Virus record (IMG/VR): IMGVR_UViG_3300025120_000065
Location: 1 to 55,161 of that record
Source of the DNA: a virus
Taxonomy: Duplodnaviria; Caudoviricetes
DNA length: 55,161 nt
Direction: 5' to 3' (one strand)
This document shows, piece by piece, positions 1-9,546 of this stretch (its first letter is position 1; each line of letters starts with the position of its first letter). The translations under genes were made by a program, and so were the position numbers. The notes under the pieces were generated by a model that saw only the letters and a program-made list of their open reading frames with translations, did not search any database and had not been told where the DNA came from.

Positions 1-405
1 CTACATGGCTGAAAGAAATTGACGCAGAGCTTGCAAAGGTAAGCTAATGCTCTACCTATTGTTCACACCTTTCGCTGGCTACTTTGCTATGCTAATTACT
101 ATTGTAATCATGCACAGCGTAGGCTATGACGTGAGAGGTGTGGACACCTTCACTATCTGGTGTATATACATTCAGATATACGTATACTTATTTGTGATAA
201 CAAAACTGAAAGGAATACAACATGACTAAACTAAAAACAAAACTAACTCGTGCGGAAGTACAGAAACTATGTGACTTATACAACGCAATGGACACCATCC
301 TAGATAATGCAGGTGAATCACTTGACGTGAGCCTCAGTAACTTACATTGTATGCGTGACAAGGCGTGGGAACTGCGTGGCATGTTTGAGTTCAAACCTCA
401 GAAGG
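1..405. repeat. Left copy of 405-bp end overlap (matches 54757-55161)
   Basis: Direct alignment at offset 54756; mismatches at 118/54874 (c/t), 201/54957 (c/a), 278/55034 (a/g). Confidence 0.97.
47..229 (+). CDS. Small hydrophobic early protein (duplicate at 54803-54985)
   Basis: TAATG coupling with the upstream gene; two hydrophobic stretches. Confidence 0.6.
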   Translation: MLYLLFTPFAGYFAMLITIVIMHSVGYDVRGVDTFTIWCIYIQIYVYLFVITKLKGIQHD

Positions 406-491
406 ATGAAAATCCAGACAGACCTGCACACTGGCTACCTCAAGTGTTACCTGACGATGATCGTGCATGGTACTATAATGCCGACGATTAA
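222..491 (+). CDS. Hypothetical early protein
   Basis: AAGGA RBS upstream of ATG; operon packing. Confidence 0.75.
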   Translation: MTKLKTKLTRAEVQKLCDLYNAMDTILDNAGESLDVSLSNLHCMRDKAWELRGMFEFKPQKDENPDRPAHWLPQVLPDDDRAWYYNADD

Positions 492-717
492 GGCATATGA
501 AATTGTCTTAGAGATTGATGGACAGGAGAGTTGTATCACACTTGATGATACCTTTCCTGCCATTGATAGCTGGGCAAGTGCTTGCAGCATGGCAGTCCTG
601 ATGGCAAAGCACATTCACCCTAGTAAAGAAGTAGAGTTCGTATCATGTGCAGAATACGAAGCAGACGAGTATGCAGACATTGGTTATGTCTATGATGCAC
701 CAGTAGTATTGCAATAG
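478..717 (+). CDS. Hypothetical acidic protein (start moved to MPTIK)
   Basis: ATG at 478 minimises overlap with the previous gene. Confidence 0.65.
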   Translation: MPTIKAYEIVLEIDGQESCITLDDTFPAIDSWASACSMAVLMAKHIHPSKEVEFVSCAEYEADEYADIGYVYDAPVVLQ

Positions 718-726
718 GAGATAGCA

Positions 727-1080
727 ATGGCAGCTAATATAAAACTAACTGAACGTATGTTGAACAAGTCAGAGATCAATGCTAATAAAACTGTAAAACA
801 GTTCTTGTTGGATGACTTTGGTATGGAATATACAGACCCATTCTTTACGGTGGGTAACAAGCTCACTGTAGTGGGTGAATACATAGACGGTGAGGAAGCA
901 GACATAAACTTCTTCAGACGATCAGGCCGTGGTGACACGATGCTCAGTATACAAAAGCTGAAGCAATATGCTGATGCGGGTAATGAAGTACGCCTCATCT
1001 CAGACAGCGAAAGCGATGGCGATGGTACACGAATATTCATATCAGTCCACTCAACAGGAGAAGAAACAGATGCCGCCTGA
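727..1080 (+). CDS. Hypothetical protein
   Basis: AGGAG RBS; operon packing. Confidence 0.75.
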   Translation: MAANIKLTERMLNKSEINANKTVKQFLLDDFGMEYTDPFFTVGNKLTVVGEYIDGEEADINFFRRSGRGDTMLSIQKLKQYADAGNEVRLISDSESDGDGTRIFISVHSTGEETDAA

Positions 1081-1135
1081 TGATCCTTGTGATGATTGGT
1101 CAGGTACACCTTTACCTAAGAGGAAAGACAAATGA
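1070..1135 (+). CDS. 21-aa micro-ORF MPPDDPCDDWSGTPLPKRKDK (not in ORF track)
   Basis: GGAG at 1057-1060; ATGA overlap with the next gene. Confidence 0.45.
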   Translation: MPPDDPCDDWSGTPLPKRKDK

Positions 1136-1527
1136 TTGAAGCAGCATTGATGTGCCTTGCACTTAACGTATACTTTGAGGCACGTAACGACAGTATGGTT
1201 GGGCAGTATGCCGTAGCACAGGTAGTAATGAACCGTGTGCAGTCTAGCAAGTTCCCCAATGACGTATGCTCTGTGGTTAAGCAGTCACGTAATGACGGCA
1301 CATGTCAGTTCAGTTGGTACTGTGACGGTAAAAGTGACAGGCCACGTGAGCCATATGCATGGGCTTATGCTCAGATGGTAGCAGCAGATGTACTGCAAGG
1401 CCAAGGCTTTGACACAGTAGACATGACACAAAGCGCAACGCACTACCATGCAAACTATGTACGCCCATACTGGGCTGACAAACTAGAATACACTGTGACT
1501 TATGGGTCACACCTGTTCTACAAATAG
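1132..1527 (+). CDS. Cell wall hydrolase, SleB/Hydrolase_2 family
   Basis: CLALNVYFEAR, AVAQVVMNRV, CQFSWYCDG, ATHYHA and HLFY motifs. Confidence 0.9.
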   Translation: MIEAALMCLALNVYFEARNDSMVGQYAVAQVVMNRVQSSKFPNDVCSVVKQSRNDGTCQFSWYCDGKSDRPREPYAWAYAQMVAADVLQGQGFDTVDMTQSATHYHANYVRPYWADKLEYTVTYGSHLFYK

Positions 1528-1609
1528 CTTATCGTTACTAGTATAGGGGTGGTATCCCCTACATAACTATGGCACAGTTGCCACATACTTATCATAAGGA
1601 GAAAATAGT

Positions 1610-2458
1610 ATGGCTTTTGATTTTAATCACCCGAATATCTTACCTGAGTACATGGACTTTGACGTAGCTTTTGAGCCTACCAAGGTGAAAGACAAGAAGT
1701 ACGTCATCAATGCTACATCAGGTGAATACCTTGGTGTAGTAGGTAATACGTTTACTTGTGCATCACATGGTGACTTCTATCGTGGCGTCCTTGACACAGT
1801 GACAGAAGAACTGTCTGACCATGAGTTAGCAAATGCCAATACACACTGGCGTACTGCACGTAATGGTGCATGGGCTATGCTTGACATTACCCTGCCCAAC
1901 ATGAAGACTGTCATTGAGACAGATAAACACAGCACTGAGATTGGCAACCGTATCATATCATTACATGGTATTGATGGGTCATGCAGCAATCAGGTGTACT
2001 TTGGTGCGATTGATTTCTTTTGTACCAATGGAATGATTAGAGGGGAGTATGACAAAGTGCGTAAGAAGAACACATCTAACTTTACTATGGAAAGTTTCAT
2101 CTATGAACTGACACGAGCACGTAAGGACTTCTACGAGGAAGCCAGTAAGATGCAAGTGTGGGCGCAAACAGATCTCAAGTACGTAGACGTAAGCTCACTG
2201 CTTGATAGCATGATTGCATCTAAGCGTAAGTCTGAGAAGATGTACAGCTTATACATGCAAGAGGCTTCACAACGTGGTCACAATAAGTGGGCATTGTATT
2301 CTGCCTTCACTAACTATGCCAGCTATGCTGATGAGCGTAATGGGTTCAACCTGCGTAACACAGGCAATGACACACAGGCTGTAAGCATGTGGTCACGTGA
2401 GCAAGAGGTGAGCAAGTGGGTTAGTGATGACAAGTTTATTACTTTGGAGGCTGCATAA
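1610..2458 (+). CDS. DUF932-like phage protein
   Basis: LGVVG, HGIDGS, FFCTNGM and WALYSAFT pattern. Confidence 0.7.
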   Translation: MAFDFNHPNILPEYMDFDVAFEPTKVKDKKYVINATSGEYLGVVGNTFTCASHGDFYRGVLDTVTEELSDHELANANTHWRTARNGAWAMLDITLPNMKTVIETDKHSTEIGNRIISLHGIDGSCSNQVYFGAIDFFCTNGMIRGEYDKVRKKNTSNFTMESFIYELTRARKDFYEEASKMQVWAQTDLKYVDVSSLLDSMIASKRKSEKMYSLYMQEASQRGHNKWALYSAFTNYASYADERNGFNLRNTGNDTQAVSMWSREQEVSKWVSDDKFITLEAA

Positions 2459-3583
2459 TTGCCAAACCTACCACGTTATGTACAAGAACGGGTGTCATCT
2501 ACGGGTGACATCTCATACCGCTTTAACCCGCCACAGAACCTTGTTGATGAGGGTGTGGTCAAACGTGAGGAGTACGGCACAGACCTAAAACAGGTACGCA
2601 AGATTGTTCGTGATCACAACAAGGCGATTGACACATGGCGTGAAGAACAAGCACAGGTTGTACGAGTAAAGTCTAGCAGCAAGGTGACTGATCTTATTAA
2701 CTATTACTATATGTCTAATGATTTCAATGCATTGCGTCATACAACTAAGGTTGACTATAGGTACTTTCTGACTGTGCTGCACCAGACTATGGGGTGGCGT
2801 AAGTATGAGCACGTTACCTCTAAGGTTGCAAAGCAATCATACGAAGAATGGGTCAAACGTGGCATCAGTTTTGCTAATCATGCGGCAACATGTGCCAGTA
2901 GGGTGTACAACTATGCGATACAGATGGAGCACACAACATACAATCCTTGGGCAAACATCAAGCGTAAGTCTGCTGCACAGCGTAAGGTGGTGTGGACACA
3001 TGATGATGTTGTCAAGTTTCTTGACGTAGCATACAGCGACTTTGAGTATCGTAATGTTGGTTTGATTGTACAGATGGCATACGAGTGGTGCCAACGACTA
3101 GGTGACATGCGTATGTTGACGTGGGATAGCATTGACTTTCGTACACAGAAGCTGGCACTAGAACAGAGTAAGCGTAGGGCTGACGTAGAGCTACCAATAT
3201 CAGAGGGTCTATTACACATGTTGAATGAACAACGTAATGACTTTGGTTTTCAAGACTACGTTGCCCCACATCCTAGACCTACGGGTGGTACTTATAACCC
3301 TTATGCTATGGAGAGGCTATCCAAAGTGGGTAGAAGGGTAATGCGTCTAGCTAAACTACCCGAAGAGTTACGTCTTATGGACTTACGTAGGACTGGTGTG
3401 ACACAGATGGTAGATGCAGGTGTACCATTGCCCCAAGTTATGGCAGTGACAGGGCACAATCATGTGTCTTCTGTGAAACCATACATGAAACATACTTACA
3501 CTAGTGCAAATAGTGCCTTGACACAGAGAAACGTAAGTGTATCCTTGAGTGGAGCGAACAACATAGAAAGTGATACAGTATGA
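2459..3583 (+). CDS. int: Tyrosine recombinase/integrase
   Basis: QRLGD (catalytic R), DLRRT, TGH and PY catalytic motifs; TTG start abuts the previous stop. Confidence 0.9.
   Translation: MPNLPRYVQERVSSTGDISYRFNPPQNLVDEGVVKREEYGTDLKQVRKIVRDHNKAIDTWREEQAQVVRVKSSSKVTDLINYYYMSNDFNALRHTTKVDYRYFLTVLHQTMGWRKYEHVTSKVAKQSYEEWVKRGISFANHAATCASRVYNYAIQMEHTTYNPWANIKRKSAAQRKVVWTHDDVVKFLDVAYSDFEYRNVGLIVQMAYEWCQRLGDMRMLTWDSIDFRTQKLALEQSKRRADVELPISEGLLHMLNEQRNDFGFQDYVAPHPRPTGGTYNPYAMERLSKVGRRVMRLAKLPEELRLMDLRRTGVTQMVDAGVPLPQVMAVTGHNHVSSVKPYMKHTYTSANSALTQRNVSVSLSGANNIESDTV
3518..3545 (+). promoter_or_regulatory. Putative sigma70 promoter for primase-helicase
   Basis: TTGACA-N16-TATCCT inside the integrase 3' end. 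Confidence 0.5.
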
Positions 3584-4344
3584 ATATGGATGATCTTATA
3601 CATGACTTAGGACTAGCTAATGGTGAGACTAAACGTATGACATGTCCTGCATGTAATACTAAGAATACATTTACTATTACTAATAATATGGGTAAGATCA
3701 TATGGAACTGTTACAAAGCTGGGTGCAGTGTGTCGGGTGGCACACGTACTCAACTGACTGCTGATGACATACGTAAGTCATTGGGTAGTGTTGCAGAAGA
3801 GACACATGTATCAACATTCTCAAAACCAGATTGGTTTGTGCGTGATGATTCAAAGATCAAAGATTTCTGTGACCAGTGGGAGCTAGACCCACAAGATTTA
3901 GGCTTGTTGTATGACGTTAAGGAACATCGTGTGGTGTTCCCTGTTGTACACAATGGAGTTGCAGTCGATGCCACAGGCAGATCACTTGGTAAACGTATAC
4001 CTAAGTGGAAAAGGTATGGTAAAAGTGACTTGCCATACGCTGCTGGACGTGGTAAAACGGCTGTAGTTGTTGAGGACTGCGTGAGTGCTGCTATTGTAGG
4101 TGATGGTGGTGTATATGTCGGGGTCGCAGTGTTGGGTACATCATTGTCCACTGGACACAAGAGGTACTTGTCGCAGTTCTCAACAGCAATAATTGCATTA
4201 GACCCCGATGCTTTACCTAAGACACTGCAGTTTGCAAGAGAGCTACGTCAGTACGTAGACACTATCAAGATACTGTACTTGCGTGACGATTTGAAATACC
4301 GTAACCCTACCGACTTTGAAAAACTTACAACACTAGGAGACTAA
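3580..4344 (+). CDS. DNA primase (zinc finger + TOPRIM)
   Basis: CPAC...CYKAGC zinc finger; VVVED and ALDPDA TOPRIM motifs. Confidence 0.9.
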   Translation: MNMDDLIHDLGLANGETKRMTCPACNTKNTFTITNNMGKIIWNCYKAGCSVSGGTRTQLTADDIRKSLGSVAEETHVSTFSKPDWFVRDDSKIKDFCDQWELDPQDLGLLYDVKEHRVVFPVVHNGVAVDATGRSLGKRIPKWKRYGKSDLPYAAGRGKTAVVVEDCVSAAIVGDGGVYVGVAVLGTSLSTGHKRYLSQFSTAIIALDPDALPKTLQFARELRQYVDTIKILYLRDDLKYRNPTDFEKLTTLGD

Positions 4345-4347
4345 CAC

Positions 4348-5571
4348 ATGGAATTATCATTGATACGTAGTCTGATGGACAAAGACTTTTATGACGAGCA
4401 TCGTGGTGCACGTTGTCCTGACAGACTATTCAGTAAAGATGTACGTAAGATCAAGCAGTCTATTGACACTGCTATGGATCGCTATGAGCGTACAGTTACA
4501 CCAGCAGAGATTGAGGCATTGTTTATGGCGAACAACCCCACTCTCACAACTGCACAGAAGACTGCCTACAGCCACCTGTTTGGGCAGGTAAGCAAGGAGC
4601 AGCCAATGGGCAGTGACGTAGCACAAGAGGTGCTATCTAAGCTGTTTCAACAGGTGATTGGTGAGGACATTGCCAACCTTGGCTTTGACTATGTGAATGG
4701 CAGCAAGTCTACACTGGAGCCATTACGTCAGATGCTTGAGCAGTATGGCGATGACTTCACACCCAACCTACGTATTGATTGGGAAGACATTGACCTTGAT
4801 ACTATCCTTGCTATGACTGACCTTGAATCACAGTGGACATTCAACATACCTACGTTGACACGTAAAGTTGAGGGCATCAACGCTGGTCACTTGATTGAGG
4901 TAGGTGCACGTCCTAACACAGGCAAGACATCCTTCCATGCCTCACTTGTAGCTGGGCCTAATGGCTTTGCATGGCAGGGTGCACGTGTTGTTGTGTTGTG
5001 TAACGAGGAAGGCTATCATCGTGTGGCTCACCGTTACATCACAGCAGCTACAGGAATGGACAAGTTTGAAATCGTCAAGAACAAACAGCAAGCCATGAAC
5101 ACATTCAATCAGATACGTGACAAGATCATGTTCAAGGATGCAACAGGACGTGACATGAACTGGGTTGAGTCTGTGTGCAAGTCATACAAACCTGACGTAG
5201 TTATACTAGACATGGGTGACAAGTTTGCCCGTACTGCTGGCTTCTCACGTCCTGATGAGGCACTCAAGGCTAATGCCATACAAGCTCGACAGATTGCCAA
5301 GCAGCAAGAGTGTGCCATGTTCTACATGTCTCAGCTATCTGCAGAAGCAGAAGGTAAGGTTGTACTCAACCAAGCTATGATGGAAGGTTCACGTACTGGT
5401 AAGGCAGCAGAAGCTGACCTTATGATTATGATTTCTAAGAACCCAACAGTTGAGGGTCAAGAGGAAGAAGACAACCAACGTCACATCAATGTGGTAAAGA
5501 ACAAACTATCTGGGTGGCATGGCATTGTTCACACAGATCTTGAATACAAGATAGCGAGGTATGTATCATGA
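4348..5571 (+). CDS. SF4 (DnaB/T7 gp4-like) replicative helicase
   Basis: Walker A GARPNTGKT, VVILD Walker B, SQL, KNK. Confidence 0.92.
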   Translation: MELSLIRSLMDKDFYDEHRGARCPDRLFSKDVRKIKQSIDTAMDRYERTVTPAEIEALFMANNPTLTTAQKTAYSHLFGQVSKEQPMGSDVAQEVLSKLFQQVIGEDIANLGFDYVNGSKSTLEPLRQMLEQYGDDFTPNLRIDWEDIDLDTILAMTDLESQWTFNIPTLTRKVEGINAGHLIEVGARPNTGKTSFHASLVAGPNGFAWQGARVVVLCNEEGYHRVAHRYITAATGMDKFEIVKNKQQAMNTFNQIRDKIMFKDATGRDMNWVESVCKSYKPDVVILDMGDKFARTAGFSRPDEALKANAIQARQIAKQQECAMFYMSQLSAEAEGKVVLNQAMMEGSRTGKAAEADLMIMISKNPTVEGQEEEDNQRHINVVKNKLSGWHGIVHTDLEYKIARYVS

Positions 5572-5804
5572 GCGATTGGATAATGAAATATGTATTAGTT
5601 ATTCCTTATGATGTGTGGGAGCCGGAATATGACAACCCCGTAGAAAGAGTGACCACTGAATTTTTTGAAACACCCGAAAGGGCTATGAAGTATTTGCACG
5701 ATTACATATATGATGCAAATAATAAATATCCTTTAAGATATGAAACATGGGAAGAATGGGGAGAAAAACAAGACATTTACTTATATGAGAGGTATGTATC
5801 ATGA
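5556..5804 (+). repeat. 16-bp direct repeat GAGGTATGTATCATGA (5556-5571, 5789-5804) bracketing one gene
   Basis: Exact match; both the helicase and the bracketed ORF end in RYVS*. Confidence 0.9.
5568..5804 (+). CDS. Hypothetical aromatic/acidic protein
   Basis: ATGA overlaps at both ends. Confidence 0.75.
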   Translation: MSDWIMKYVLVIPYDVWEPEYDNPVERVTTEFFETPERAMKYLHDYIYDANNKYPLRYETWEEWGEKQDIYLYERYVS

Positions 5805-6319
5805 TAGAAAGTGGAACAATACGTAAAGATGGAAAACGTTGGGATGGATCAGTCTGGCGTAAAGTAGGGGTTAATCATCACTTAAATGAAAAAGGACTTG
5901 TATATTACAAACGTAAGTACAGAACTCTTAACGGATACCTACAACAAGGCGGTAAGATTGATCGTCTTGTCTTTAATAGAATGAACCCAAAAGATATTGG
6001 TATATTTGCTAAGGCGCTATATGACAATCAAAAAGCAGGACATGTGTATGTAATTGTAAATGATGCATGGCCTGAGTGGGTTAAGATTGGCAAGGCTGTC
6101 GATGCACAAGATCGACTGAATGGGTATCAAACAAGTTCGCCCATGCGTGACTACAGATTAGTGCACTCAGTTTATTTTGAAGACCGTCATACAGCAGAGA
6201 AGAAAGCACACATTGCAGCAACATTTAATACTAAACATCCGTGGAATAAACATGACAACGGTGAATGGTTTAAGCTGACACAGCAGCAAGCAATAGGTAT
6301 AATAAAGGAAATAGAATGA
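5801..6319 (+). CDS. GIY-YIG-like (T5orf172/MUG113-type) nuclease domain protein
   Basis: GHVYVI, WVKIG, RLNGYQT and GEWF motifs. Confidence 0.8.
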   Translation: MIESGTIRKDGKRWDGSVWRKVGVNHHLNEKGLVYYKRKYRTLNGYLQQGGKIDRLVFNRMNPKDIGIFAKALYDNQKAGHVYVIVNDAWPEWVKIGKAVDAQDRLNGYQTSSPMRDYRLVHSVYFEDRHTAEKKAHIAATFNTKHPWNKHDNGEWFKLTQQQAIGIIKEIE

Positions 6320-6405
6320 TGAGTGAAGCATTAACAGCACTTATGATACTATTGTTTCTAATTTGTGGTATTATATGGATAATAATTAGTGAGGTAAATA
6401 AATGA
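6316..6405 (+). CDS. 29-aa single-TM microprotein (not in ORF track)
   Basis: MMSEALTALMILLFLICGIIWIIISEVNK; ATGA overlaps with both neighbours. Confidence 0.6.
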   Translation: MMSEALTALMILLFLICGIIWIIISEVNK

Positions 6406-7058
6406 TACAAACATTTTACGTAGACCACATGGGTACAGACTTATCTGTAGCTAATGCAGCACGAGTGAGCTTTGGTAAGCGTAGTGAGATGGATACGAGT
6501 GACGTATGGGGTCCACCTACCTTGAAAGATAAGGATGCAAAGCTTATACGTTACTTAGCCAAGCACAGGCACATCAGCCCATTTGGGCATTGCTTTGCAA
6601 CCTTCCACGTAAAAGCACCTGTCTTTGTAGCACGTCAACTTGTCAAGCACAAGTTTCTACGATGGAATGAAATAAGCCGCAGGTATGTGGATAGTGAGCC
6701 TGAGTTTTATTTACCTACGGAGTGGCGTGGGCGTAGTGTAGATGCCAAACAAGGTAGCACTGGTGTAGTTGAGGTAGCTAATAAGCCCATTATAGGTCAA
6801 GCAGTGTGGCGATCTTTAGAGTGTTACAGAGAATTATTGAGGCAAGGTGTGTGTCCAGAGCAAGCACGTATGGTACTGCCACAGAGCATGGTAACTGAGT
6901 GGTACTGGTCAGGTAGCTTAGATGCATTTGCAGACATGTGCAATCTACGTTGCAAGCCTGACACACAGTACGAGACACAGCTTGTAGCTGGGCACATTGA
7001 CACAGAGATGGCTAAGTTGTTCCCTGTATCATGGAAAGCATTAAGGGAGAATGAATGA
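6402..7058 (+). CDS. thyX: Flavin-dependent thymidylate synthase
   Basis: NAARVSF, HISPFGH, RQLVKH...NEISRRYV, EQARMVLP. Confidence 0.95.
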   Translation: MIQTFYVDHMGTDLSVANAARVSFGKRSEMDTSDVWGPPTLKDKDAKLIRYLAKHRHISPFGHCFATFHVKAPVFVARQLVKHKFLRWNEISRRYVDSEPEFYLPTEWRGRSVDAKQGSTGVVEVANKPIIGQAVWRSLECYRELLRQGVCPEQARMVLPQSMVTEWYWSGSLDAFADMCNLRCKPDTQYETQLVAGHIDTEMAKLFPVSWKALRENE

Positions 7059-7213
7059 TGAGAGGTAACATTAACGGTGCAATCAAGGCGTCAGCTATAG
7101 TCGCATTTATAATAGCAGGTCTACCTATATTGATTGCTATGACGTATGACGAGTTCCCACGTTACTGTAAACAGACTATCTTATTACCTTGTATAGGAGT
7201 TACAAGTGATTAG
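7055..7213 (+). CDS. 52-aa membrane protein (not in ORF track)
   Basis: ATGA overlap with thyX; one hydrophobic helix. Confidence 0.6.
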   Translation: MMRGNINGAIKASAIVAFIIAGLPILIAMTYDEFPRYCKQTILLPCIGVTSD

Positions 7214-7457
7214 GTCAATGACACAAGAAGAAAGAGAACGTTCTACTGAGAGGAGACTTATTAATATGACTACATCAAAATCAATATGCGAGATACGTTT
7301 ACACAATGCTATGGTACGCAACAACCTAACACTAGAGGAGTGTATAAATGCCATAGATTCATACGCTATGGATAAAAAGTTTCACGATGATCTTGACAGT
7401 CTATACAATGTCGAACAAGATACATGGGATGATTGGCACGATGGAGATATAAAGTAG
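7206..7457 (+). CDS. Hypothetical protein (start uncertain)
   Basis: Fills the operon gap before the polymerase. Confidence 0.6.
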   Translation: MIRSMTQEERERSTERRLINMTTSKSICEIRLHNAMVRNNLTLEECINAIDSYAMDKKFHDDLDSLYNVEQDTWDDWHDGDIK

Positions 7458-7465
7458 GAGACAAC

Positions 7466-9508
7466 ATGATACTGACCCTCGACGTAGAAAACACAGTAAC
7501 TAAACGCAACGGCAAGATGCACCTTGATCCGTTTGAACCAGACAACACACTTGTAATGGTGGGTATGCTAGATGATCACATGAATGAAACGATTGTAACG
7601 TTTGATCACGCAGAGCAACAACCCACCACAGATGGGCGGCGTATTGTTCAGGATGCACTGAACTCTACCCGCCTGTTAGTTGCACACAATGCCCCTCACG
7701 ATCTTGTATGGTTGTGGGAGTCAGGCTTTACTTATGACGGTGACATCTTTGATACCATGCTAGGCGAGTACGTACTGCAGCGTGGACAGAAAGAGCTACT
7801 GTCACTTGAGGCATGTGCAGAACGCTACGAGCTTGACACTAAGAAGCAGGATACACTCAAAGAATACTTCAAGAAAGGCTTGTCTACTCGTGACATACCA
7901 CATGCTGAGTTGACTGAGTACTTGTCACATGACTTACATGCTACGCAGCAATTGTTCAATCGTTTGCAGACGAAGTACGAGGAGTGCAGTTCACTAGAAC
8001 CAACGATCACTCTGACTAACCAGCTTGCAATACACCTTGCACGTATCTATCAGCGTGGCTTTCAAGTAGACATGGATGCACTGTTGAAGGTGCGTGATGA
8101 GTTTGAACATGAGCGTAACGTACTTTCAATTGCACTAGAGGAACAGGTTGCAGATCTTATGGGTGACAGACCCATCAATCTCAACAGCCCAGAGCAAAAG
8201 TCATGGGTTATCTACAGCCGTAGGCCACATGACAAAAAGGTGTGGGCAGACTTGTTTGATGAACGTATGCCTGACACAGAGTATCGTAGTACAGTACGCT
8301 TACACAGTGAGCGTTTGTATAAACAGAAAGCACACCAGTGTAAGGAATGTTATGGCACTGGTCAGGTAAGAAAGGTAAAGAAAGATGGAACTCCCTTTGC
8401 TAGAACTAATAAATGTAATACTTGTACTGGAAGCGGTTTCTTTTATACTGACTCTACTTCCCTAGCTGGCCTCAAGTTCTCACCACCTACAGCCAAGTGG
8501 GTAAGCTCCAATGGCTTTGGTACAGACAAAGGTAACTTGCTATACCTTGAGGGCATTGCACGTTCCAAAGGTATGAAAGAGGCAGAGCTATTCTTACAGA
8601 ACCTACGTAGATTGTCTGCAGTAGAGACATATCTCAGCAGCTTTGTAGAGGGCATAGCAACGCATGTAAAGACTGACGGTAGACTGCATGTACGTTTACT
8701 GCAACACCGCACTGGCACAGGCCGTTTATCAGGTGCAGACCCTAACATGCAGAACATGCCACGTGGTGGTACGTTTCCTGTCAAGCGTGTATTCACGTCA
8801 CGTTGGGAAGGTGGTCAGATTATGGAAGCTGACATGGCCCAGTTAGAATTTCGTGTCGCAGCATTCCTTGCACAAGACAAGACTGCTATTGAGGAAGTGT
8901 CTACTGGCTTTGATGTACACGCTTACACTGCACAGGTCATCAGTGATGCAGGTCAGCCTATGTCACGGCAAGAGGCTAAGGCACATACGTTTGCACCTTT
9001 GTATGGTGCCAGTGGTTTCGGTAGGTCACAAGCAGAAGCGACATACTACCAACAGTTTACGACAAAGTATTCTGGTATTGCCAAGTGGCATGAAGCACTA
9101 GCCAAAGAAGCATTGAACACAGGCAAGATCACTACACCTTCTGGACGTGAGTTCGCATTCCCTGACGTAGTACGTAGACGCTTTGGGGGTGTGACATTTT
9201 TCACACAGATAAAAAATTATCCAGTGCAATCGTTTGCAACCGCTGACATTGTACCCATATCTTTGATATACATAGATAGGTTACTAACAGCAAACAGGCT
9301 ACACAGTTGTGTAGTAAATAGTGTACATGACTCAGTTGTGATTGATGTGCACCCAGATGAGAAGGACAAAGTACTAAAGGTTATTAGCACAGCTAATGAT
9401 AAACTAATCGCAATCGTCAACCGTAAGTGGAACATAGATTTCAATGTACCTCTATTATTAGAGGCAAAGATTGGTCCGAATTGGCTTGACGTAAAAGATG
9501 TAATATGA
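7466..9508 (+). CDS. polA: DNA polymerase family A with 3'-5' exonuclease and inserted DnaJ-like zinc finger
   Basis: LDVE, AHNAPHD, YLSHD exonuclease motifs; TGRLS, DMAQLE, RQEAKAHTFAPLYG, VHDS polymerase motifs; CKECYGTG and CNTCTGSG at 8339-8437; AGGAG before ATG 7466. Confidence 0.95.
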   Translation: MILTLDVENTVTKRNGKMHLDPFEPDNTLVMVGMLDDHMNETIVTFDHAEQQPTTDGRRIVQDALNSTRLLVAHNAPHDLVWLWESGFTYDGDIFDTMLGEYVLQRGQKELLSLEACAERYELDTKKQDTLKEYFKKGLSTRDIPHAELTEYLSHDLHATQQLFNRLQTKYEECSSLEPTITLTNQLAIHLARIYQRGFQVDMDALLKVRDEFEHERNVLSIALEEQVADLMGDRPINLNSPEQKSWVIYSRRPHDKKVWADLFDERMPDTEYRSTVRLHSERLYKQKAHQCKECYGTGQVRKVKKDGTPFARTNKCNTCTGSGFFYTDSTSLAGLKFSPPTAKWVSSNGFGTDKGNLLYLEGIARSKGMKEAELFLQNLRRLSAVETYLSSFVEGIATHVKTDGRLHVRLLQHRTGTGRLSGADPNMQNMPRGGTFPVKRVFTSRWEGGQIMEADMAQLEFRVAAFLAQDKTAIEEVSTGFDVHAYTAQVISDAGQPMSRQEAKAHTFAPLYGASGFGRSQAEATYYQQFTTKYSGIAKWHEALAKEALNTGKITTPSGREFAFPDVVRRRFGGVTFFTQIKNYPVQSFATADIVPISLIYIDRLLTANRLHSCVVNSVHDSVVIDVHPDEKDKVLKVISTANDKLIAIVNRKWNIDFNVPLLLEAKIGPNWLDVKDVI

Positions 9509-9514
9509 TATAAC
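9486..9514 (+). promoter_or_regulatory. Putative sigma70 promoter with extended -10
   Basis: TTGACG-N17-TATAAC, preceded by TGA. Confidence 0.65.
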
Positions 9515-9546
9515 CACCATTCGTCACAATGAAAAGGAGATTTAAT

